From positions 257,056 through 321,055 of the forward strand of contig DASZWN010000002.1 in assembly GCA_035546575.1 (NCBI GenBank): DNA of 64,000 nucleotides. Reading direction: 5' to 3'. The DNA is from Minisyncoccota bacterium (GTDB lineage Bacteria > Patescibacteriota > Minisyncoccia > Phycocordibacterales > SBAW01). Shown here piece by piece: positions 58,236 through 64,000 of the stretch. The number at the start of each line of letters is the position of its first letter. Position 1 is the first letter of the stretch. The position numbers were made by a program, and so were the translations under genes. The notes beneath the pieces were generated by a model that saw only the letters and a list, made by a program, of their open reading frames with translations, was not told where the DNA came from and did no database searches.

Positions 58236-58913
58236 ATGCAAGCAGTGATTCTGGCAGCAGGAGAAGGAGTGCGCATGCGGCCGCTCACACTTGAGCGGCC
58301 TAAGCCGCTCATTGAAGTGGCTGGCATGCCGATACTCGAGCATGTCGTGCGTGCGCTACCTCAAGAAGTCGACCAGATCATTCTGGTTGTAAAATACATG
58401 CAGGAAAAAATCCGCAAGTACTGTGGCGATAACTTCTTTGGTAAGAAAATCACCTATGTTGAGCAGGGCGAACACAAAGGTACTGCTGCAGCACTTACTT
58501 ACGCAAAGCCGTTTTTAAAAGATCGTTTTCTTGTTACCTTTGCTGACGATATTTTGGCAAAACAAGACCTTGAAGAGCTTACTAAACATGAATATGCATG
58601 GCTGGTAACAGAAAGTGATACACCAGAGCGTTTTGGCGTCGTGTCGCTCAACCCCGACGGCACACTACGTACAATCATAGAAAAACCAGAACATCCGGAA
58701 ACAAATTTAATATCGACCGGCGTGGCAGTACTTACGCAAAAAATCTTTGACTACACACCGAGCAAAGACAAAGGCGAGCTTGGCATACCGGGAATGATCA
58801 CTGCATTGGCAAAAGACTTCCCTGTTGCTGTTGTAAAGGCCTCTTTTTGGCAACCAGTTGGATACATTGAACATATTGCAGTTGCAGAAACTGCTCTAGC
58901 AATACGTTCATAA
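58236..58913 (+). CDS. sugar-phosphate nucleotidyltransferase (NTP_transferase family)
   Basis: MQAVILAAGEGVRMRPLT...KPL. Confidence 0.8.
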   Translation: MQAVILAAGEGVRMRPLTLERPKPLIEVAGMPILEHVVRALPQEVDQIILVVKYMQEKIRKYCGDNFFGKKITYVEQGEHKGTAAALTYAKPFLKDRFLVTFADDILAKQDLEELTKHEYAWLVTESDTPERFGVVSLNPDGTLRTIIEKPEHPETNLISTGVAVLTQKIFDYTPSKDKGELGIPGMITALAKDFPVAVVKASFWQPVGYIEHIAVAETALAIRS

Positions 58914-58989
58914 GAACTTAATAGAAGCTGCGTTAGCGTGAAGAAGTGGTTTAGTAAGCCACGCTTTAGCAGCATAACTTTTAACTCGT

Positions 58990-59211
58990 ATGAAACTTCT
59001 AAAGAAAACATTTCAGGTCAGTACTGCATCGCTTCTGGCATGGACCGTGGCTGGCATTGCCTCAGCACAAACTACAGCAACTACTACGCCGGGAGTACCC
59101 AACACTGGCGCGGGCGGCGACACGATTCTCAACCTCGTGATCCTCGCAATTGCGGCAGTGGTCGTTGCAGCAGGCGTAGCATTCCTCAGCTCTCGATGGG
59201 CACAGGTATAG
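58990..59211 (+). CDS. minimal sortase substrate: signal peptide, about 13 aa Thr-rich peptide, and a cell-wall sorting signal (VPNTG, hydrophobic stretch, basic tail)
   Basis: MKLLKKTFQVSTASLLAWTVAGIASA | QTTATTTPG-VPNTG-AGGDTILNLVILAIAAVVVAAGVAFL-SSRWAQV. Confidence 0.55.
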   Translation: MKLLKKTFQVSTASLLAWTVAGIASAQTTATTTPGVPNTGAGGDTILNLVILAIAAVVVAAGVAFLSSRWAQV

Positions 59212-59224
59212 CGTTTCTTTAAAA

Positions 59225-59254
59225 ACAGCGGGTGCTCACAGCGGCACCCGCTGT
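59225..59254 (+). promoter_or_regulatory. intergenic hairpin between the substrate gene and the sortase gene (possible attenuator)
   Basis: ACAGCGGGTGC-TCACAGCG-GCACCCGCTGT, an 11 bp stem with no T-run. Confidence 0.4.
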
Positions 59255-59270
59255 TCGTCGTATCACAGCT

Positions 59271-59912
59271 ATGAGAGAGAAAGTCCTTATTGCAACGGTA
59301 GGTATTGTGACGCTGGCGGCAGCGGGGGTGTTTGCCTCTACCTTTGCGCATGCAATGTGGTACTCCTCTCCAGACGACATCGAGGTTGCGGCCAGTCCAA
59401 CTGTTTGGGGCGATGCCGCCTCAGCCACCGCAACCTCAACAACCGGTAGCTATGTGCTGCGCGACTCGGGTATGCGTTTGAGGATCCCCGCTATTGCGCT
59501 TGATGCTCGCGTGCAGAGTGTCGGTGTTTCCAAAAGCGGCAATATGGCGGTGCCGACCAATTACACCGACGTGGGCTGGTATCGAGGCGGAACCAAGCCG
59601 GGCGATATCGGTAGCGCTGTGATTAACGGACACGTGGATAATGGATTTGGGTTACCAGCAGTGTTTCGCCATCTGACTGACCTTTCAGTTGGCAGCGATA
59701 TTTTTATAGAAACAGCCGGGGGCAAAGAGCTCCATTTTGTAGTAACCGACATAGAGACATATGCCGCGAGCGATGTGCCGCTCGACGAGCTCTTCAACCG
59801 CAGCGATACAGCAAGGCTTAATCTGATAACCTGTGCCGGAGAATGGCTACCCGACAGGCAGGCCTACGACCACCGCACAGTCGTATATAGCGAGCTCATG
59901 AATGACAACTGA
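59271..59912 (+). CDS. sortase (transpeptidase)
   Basis: N-terminal TM, His in VINGHVD, catalytic LITCAG (TLxTC) motif, conserved Arg downstream. Confidence 0.8.
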   Translation: MREKVLIATVGIVTLAAAGVFASTFAHAMWYSSPDDIEVAASPTVWGDAASATATSTTGSYVLRDSGMRLRIPAIALDARVQSVGVSKSGNMAVPTNYTDVGWYRGGTKPGDIGSAVINGHVDNGFGLPAVFRHLTDLSVGSDIFIETAGGKELHFVVTDIETYAASDVPLDELFNRSDTARLNLITCAGEWLPDRQAYDHRTVVYSELMNDN

Positions 59913-59939
59913 GCACTTTTTTGCTATCGTTTCTTCGAC

Positions 59940-60015
59940 GCGCGGTTAGCTCAGTTGGTAGAGCGTCCCCTTGACGTGGGGAAGGTCACAGGTTCGATCC
60001 CTGTATCGCGCACCA
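59940..60015 (+). tRNA. tRNA-Val(GAC)
   Basis: anticodon loop TTGACGT; CCA encoded. Confidence 0.8.
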
Positions 60016-60794
60016 TGAAACTGGTGTCGCTAAACGCATGGGGCGGGACTCAATTCAACCAGCTGCTTTCTTTTGTAGAAAAGCACGCAAACTCCACCGA
60101 CGTCTTTTGCTTTCAGGAAGTAGCGGTATCCGAGCGTATACAGAGCAAGGAAGAAAAACCTCGCCATAACTTATTGCGCGACTTATCTGAAGTGCTGCCT
60201 GGATTCCAGGTTATATATGCTCCATTTCAAGAAGGATTTAATTGGGAGCCTATAGAAAAAGATATTGCCTTGTGTAACGCAATGTTTGTTCGCAATGGTC
60301 TTAACATTCTTGAGCACGGCCATGTATTTGTGCACGGCGAAAAGAACGGTTTAGACTTTGCGCAGGCAGCAGAGGGCAACTGGTATACCATGCCTCGCCT
60401 GGTGCAGTTTACGCAGATAGATGGCTTCCCCACTATTTTTAACTTCCACGGTTTTTGGCATAAAGACGGCAAGCACGACACGCCCGAACGCATCAAACAG
60501 TCTGAGAAAATAGTCGAGGTTGTACAAAAGTTTAATAATCCGCGCATTTTGTGCGGAGACTTTAACCTCAATATCGATACCGAAAGTCTGGCTATGCTTG
60601 AAGACCGCGGCGGTCTGCGCAACTTAATCAAGGATCACAAAATTGGCACGACCCGCAGCGACCTGTATCCTAAAAAGTCGATCATGCCCTATGCCGACTA
60701 TATGTTTGTCTCGCCCGATATTACTATCAACTCCTTTTCGGTACCCGATGAGCCGGCATCCGACCATTTGCCCATGATCCTTGAATTCAAATGA
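60015..60794 (+). CDS. endonuclease/exonuclease/phosphatase (EEP) family protein; the start codon overlaps the last nt of the tRNA-Val CCA
   Basis: CGDFN and SDHLP motifs; ATG at 60015-60017. Confidence 0.75.
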   Translation: MKLVSLNAWGGTQFNQLLSFVEKHANSTDVFCFQEVAVSERIQSKEEKPRHNLLRDLSEVLPGFQVIYAPFQEGFNWEPIEKDIALCNAMFVRNGLNILEHGHVFVHGEKNGLDFAQAAEGNWYTMPRLVQFTQIDGFPTIFNFHGFWHKDGKHDTPERIKQSEKIVEVVQKFNNPRILCGDFNLNIDTESLAMLEDRGGLRNLIKDHKIGTTRSDLYPKKSIMPYADYMFVSPDITINSFSVPDEPASDHLPMILEFK

Positions 60795-61960
60795 AAATCC
60801 TGGCAATAGAGACCTCGTGCGACGAGACCGGCATTGCCCTGCTTGAGGGAGAAAAAACCTCTGGCGGCTTTGCATTCACCATTCTAAAAGACGTACTACT
60901 TTCGCAGGCACAGCTGCATGCTGAGTATGGCGGCGTCTTCCCTAACCTCGCCAAGCGCGAGCATCAGAAAAACCTCCCTATATTGTTTGAGCAGTTTAAA
61001 GACGAGAAGGTAGACGCAATTGCAGTAACTCACGGCCCAGGGCTTGAGCCGGCACTCTGGACTGGTATCGAGTTTGCTAAAAAACTAGCAGAAGAGTGGC
61101 AAGTACCACTTTTGCCTACCAACCACATGGAGGGGCATCTTATTTCCTCTTTAATAAAACATTCTCAAATTCTCGAGAATTTGAGAATAAGTGTTGGGAC
61201 ACTCTCTGGCATCAAGCTACCAGTTCTGGGGCTGCTCGTATCAGGCGGCCACACAGAGTTTGTGCTTATGAAAGAGTGGTTTGAGTACGAAATAATCGGC
61301 GAGACACTCGACGACGCCGTGGGCGAGGCATTCGACAAAGTTGCGCGTATGCTCGGCCTACCGTACCCGGGAGGCCCACACATCTCAAAACTCGCAGCAC
61401 AATCGCGCCTGCAGGCAGAAAATTCTGACAAAGGTCCTCGGGTCTCCCGTATCGCAATTCCGTCTTTGCGGAATTCTCTCGGGCCAGACCATTTGCCAGA
61501 ACATTCTGCCTTTCGGCTCCCCCGCCCTATGATCAATACAGACTCATGCGATGTTTCTTTCTCCGGCCTTAAGACCGCTGCGCTTTACATGCTGCGCGAC
61601 ATGGGCGGGATACAAACATTATCTGCAGACCAAGTAGCCGACTTTGCCCGCGAGTTTGAGGACGCGGTTGGAGATATCTTTTCTGCCAAAACGCTGCGGG
61701 CACTTGAGCAGACGAGTGCAAAAACATTTGTAATTGGTGGCGGTGTTGCAGCAAATAGTTATTTACGCGCGAAACTTGGCGCAGTGGTTGCAAAAGAGTT
61801 CCCTGAGGTTGAGTTTAAACTCCCTGAGCATGCAATAACCGGCGACAACGCAATCATGATTGGCGAAGCCGCGCTAGCCCGCCGCCTTAGTGGCCTCGAC
61901 GACTCTAAATTTGAAGAAATCCGCGCCCAAGGCCAACTCTCGATTTCATCGCAGAAATAA
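60791..61960 (+). CDS. tsaD: tRNA N6-adenosine threonylcarbamoyltransferase carrying an in-frame element B insertion
   Basis: MKILAIETSCDETGIAL...HMEGH; about 30 aa inserted between ...GGPHISKLA and ...FRLPRPM. Confidence 0.9.
   Translation: MKILAIETSCDETGIALLEGEKTSGGFAFTILKDVLLSQAQLHAEYGGVFPNLAKREHQKNLPILFEQFKDEKVDAIAVTHGPGLEPALWTGIEFAKKLAEEWQVPLLPTNHMEGHLISSLIKHSQILENLRISVGTLSGIKLPVLGLLVSGGHTEFVLMKEWFEYEIIGETLDDAVGEAFDKVARMLGLPYPGGPHISKLAAQSRLQAENSDKGPRVSRIAIPSLRNSLGPDHLPEHSAFRLPRPMINTDSCDVSFSGLKTAALYMLRDMGGIQTLSADQVADFAREFEDAVGDIFSAKTLRALEQTSAKTFVIGGGVAANSYLRAKLGAVVAKEFPEVEFKLPEHAITGDNAIMIGEAALARRLSGLDDSKFEEIRAQGQLSISSQK
61414..61510. repeat. element B copy 3 (inside tsaD, reverse orientation, translated in a different frame from copy 1)
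   Basis: the reverse complement matches AAATGGTCTGGCCCGAGAG-AATTCCGCAAAGACGGAATT-GCGATACGGGAGACCCGAGGAC; flanked by the inverted repeat GGCAGAAAATTCTGAC/GCCAGAACATTCTGCC. Confidence 0.8.
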
Positions 61961-61975
61961 CGTAAACTGGGCTTC

Positions 61976-64000
61976 ATGCCTGAGAAGTTTCTAAAGCCTT
62001 ACGACCATACCGCCGTTGAGGGCCCCATCTACAAAAAATGGGAGGATTCCGGCTACTTTAACCCAGACAATCTGCCCGTTCGACTAGACGCTCAGGGCAA
62101 GCCGATGCCTCAAGAGACATTCTCTATAATCCTGCCGCCGCCAAACGTAACCGGCACGCTGCACCTCGGCCACGCCTATGAAGACGCGCTCCAGGACACC
62201 GTCGTGCGCTTTAAGCGCATGCTGGGATACAAAACACTCTGGGTGCCAGGTGCCGACTCTGCCGCTATTGCAACGCAGTCAAAAGTCGAAACCAATCTAT
62301 ATAAAGAGGAGGGCAAAACCCGCTACGACATCGGCCGCGACGAGCTGATGGAGCGCATCAAAAAGTTTACCGAGGAGAGTAAAAACACGATTCTCAACCA
62401 GGTGCGCCGCATGGGCTCCAGCCTCGACTGGAGCCGCTTTGCATACACGCTGGACGAAACTAGAAACAAAGCAGTAAACGAGGCGTTTGTACGCATGTTC
62501 AATGCCGACTTGATTTACCGCGGCGAGCGCATTGTTAACTGGGACCCGCGCATGCAGACCACGATCTCCGACGATGAGATCGAGCACAAAGAGCAAGTAG
62601 ATCCGTTCTACTACTTCCAATATGGCCCGTTTGTAATAGGCACCGTGCGGCCGGAAACAAAATTCGGTGACAAGTACGTAGTGATGCACCCGAACGACAA
62701 GCGCTATGCACAATATACACACGGCCAAAAAATTGAGCTTGAGTGGATCAATGGTCCGATTACCGCAACGGTTATCAAGGACGAAGCCGGCGACATGGAG
62801 TTTGGAAGCGGCGTTATGACCATCACTCCCGCGCACAGCGGCGTCGACTTTGAGATAGCGCAGCGCCATAAACTCGACTTTGAGCCGGTGATTGACTCAA
62901 AGGGCAAGCTCCTCCCCATTGCAGGCGAGTTTGCAGGCATGCACATCAAGAAAGCGCGGCCGCTGATTGTCGAAAAGCTCAAAGAAAAGGGTCTGCTCGT
63001 AAAGATAGACGAAAAGTATACGCACAATGTGGCGGTCAACAGCCGCGGCGGCGAGATGATCGAGCCGCAGCTCAAATTCCAGTGGTTTGTCGATGTGAAC
63101 AAAGAGTTTGTAATCCCTGACTCAGAGATACCGGGCATTGAGTCGGGCTCTACCACAACGCTCAAAAAACTTATGCGTGCGGCGGTTGAGCACAAAGGCA
63201 TGGTTATACTCCCCGACCATTTTGAAAAAATCTACTACCACTGGATCGACAACTTGCGCGACTGGTGCATCTCGCGCCAGATCTGGTTTGGGCACCGCAT
63301 CCCTGTGTGGTATCGCGGCGAGGAAGCCAGCGTAGGTAAGCCTGGCGAGGGCGAGGGCTGGGAGCAGGACCCAGATACGCTAGACACATGGTTCTCGTCT
63401 GGCTTATGGCCTATGTCGACGCTTGGCTGGCCGGAAGAGACATCTGACCTAAAGACGTATTTCCCTAACAGCATGATGGCGCCGGGATACGAGATACTCT
63501 TTTTCTGGGTAGCGCGTATGGTATTGATGTGCGGGTTTTTGCGCGGAGCAATCCCCTTCAAGACGGTATTCCTCCACGGTATTGTGCGCGACAAAAACGG
63601 AAAGAAGTTTAGCAAATCGATGGGTAACGGTATCGACCCGCTCGATATGATCGAAAAGTACGGCACCGATGCGCTGCGCATGTCCTTGCTTGTTGGGGCT
63701 GCAGCTGGAAGCGACATTAAATTTGATGAGGCTCGCGTTAAAGGCTATAAGCTTTTTGCAAACAAACTCTGGAACATTACGCGCTTTGTGTTTGATAACG
63801 CGAGCGACGCATCTGCAGACGCTCCGTTTACCCTAAAAGACGCAGAACGCGCGACCCAGTTTAAGGCGCTCGCACTCGATGTAACCAAAGACCTTGAGGA
63901 GTACCGCCTGTATATGGCAGCAGAAAAGCTCTACCACTATCTCTGGGATATTTTTGCCGCGGACATGATCGAGGAGAGCAAGCCGATATTCAAGACAGGC
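61976..64000 (+). CDS. valS: valyl-tRNA synthetase (3' partial, runs off the window)
   Basis: PPPNVTGTLHLGHA (HIGH), ...KFSKSMGN (KMSKS). Confidence 0.9.
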   Translation, partial: MPEKFLKPYDHTAVEGPIYKKWEDSGYFNPDNLPVRLDAQGKPMPQETFSIILPPPNVTGTLHLGHAYEDALQDTVVRFKRMLGYKTLWVPGADSAAIATQSKVETNLYKEEGKTRYDIGRDELMERIKKFTEESKNTILNQVRRMGSSLDWSRFAYTLDETRNKAVNEAFVRMFNADLIYRGERIVNWDPRMQTTISDDEIEHKEQVDPFYYFQYGPFVIGTVRPETKFGDKYVVMHPNDKRYAQYTHGQKIELEWINGPITATVIKDEAGDMEFGSGVMTITPAHSGVDFEIAQRHKLDFEPVIDSKGKLLPIAGEFAGMHIKKARPLIVEKLKEKGLLVKIDEKYTHNVAVNSRGGEMIEPQLKFQWFVDVNKEFVIPDSEIPGIESGSTTTLKKLMRAAVEHKGMVILPDHFEKIYYHWIDNLRDWCISRQIWFGHRIPVWYRGEEASVGKPGEGEGWEQDPDTLDTWFSSGLWPMSTLGWPEETSDLKTYFPNSMMAPGYEILFFWVARMVLMCGFLRGAIPFKTVFLHGIVRDKNGKKFSKSMGNGIDPLDMIEKYGTDALRMSLLVGAAAGSDIKFDEARVKGYKLFANKLWNITRFVFDNASDASADAPFTLKDAERATQFKALALDVTKDLEEYRLYMAAEKLYHYLWDIFAADMIEESKPIFKTG

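Overview
A 64 kb chromosomal window that looks like a reduced, Gram-positive-type genome, probably Candidate Phyla Radiation/Patescibacteria. That assignment is an inference from short dnaX (350 aa), IF-2 (507 aa) and Rel (525 aa), a sortase, VirB2/TrbC-like two-helix pilin-like proteins, dprA, and many short or overlapping genes; it is not proven. The window holds about 65 protein-coding genes and 11 tRNA genes (Gln, Leu-CAA, Trp, Tyr, Cys, Leu-TAA, Lys, Leu-TAG, Glu, Ser-CGA, Val), and no rRNA, CRISPR array, transposase or integrase was recognised. The housekeeping backbone includes dnaX, dus, ftsQ, serS, dprA, topA, rel, parB, pyrF/pyrE, miaA, rpmG, clpB, glmS, a cysteine desulfurase, infB, rbfA, gyrA, rpsA, pth, lepB, rpsU, ybeY, ftsA, ftsZ, trxB, tsaD and valS (3' partial). 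The most unusual signals are two families of small palindromic repeat elements that sit in frame inside essential genes. One is a 20 bp palindrome CCTGCCTGCCGG(T/C)AGGCAGG with 8 copies, 5 of them inside topA, miaA, gyrA, pth and rpsA, where it encodes the peptide LPAGRQ. The other is a MITE-like element of roughly 65-100 bp with an internal hairpin that shows compensatory changes; it has 3 copies, 2 of them translated in frame inside dus and tsaD. This is reminiscent of Rickettsia palindromic elements. Accessory content includes a sortase with a minimal 73 aa sorting-signal substrate. It also includes an operon of four tandem pilin-like two-helix proteins plus an orphan solute-binding protein and a methyltransferase. 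The same pilin-like domain is also found fused into a 496 aa Cys-rich secreted protein in an AT-rich islet lying between tRNA genes. A small GIY-YIG gene is embedded in a duplicated 5' half of tRNA-Leu(CAA). There is tRNA-fragment debris next to the tRNA-Glu/tRNA-Ser pair. An island of small genes carries near-consensus sigma70 promoters. Start codons I re-derived by hand are noted; several ORF-track 'M' starts are really GTG/TTG or are upstream read-through.
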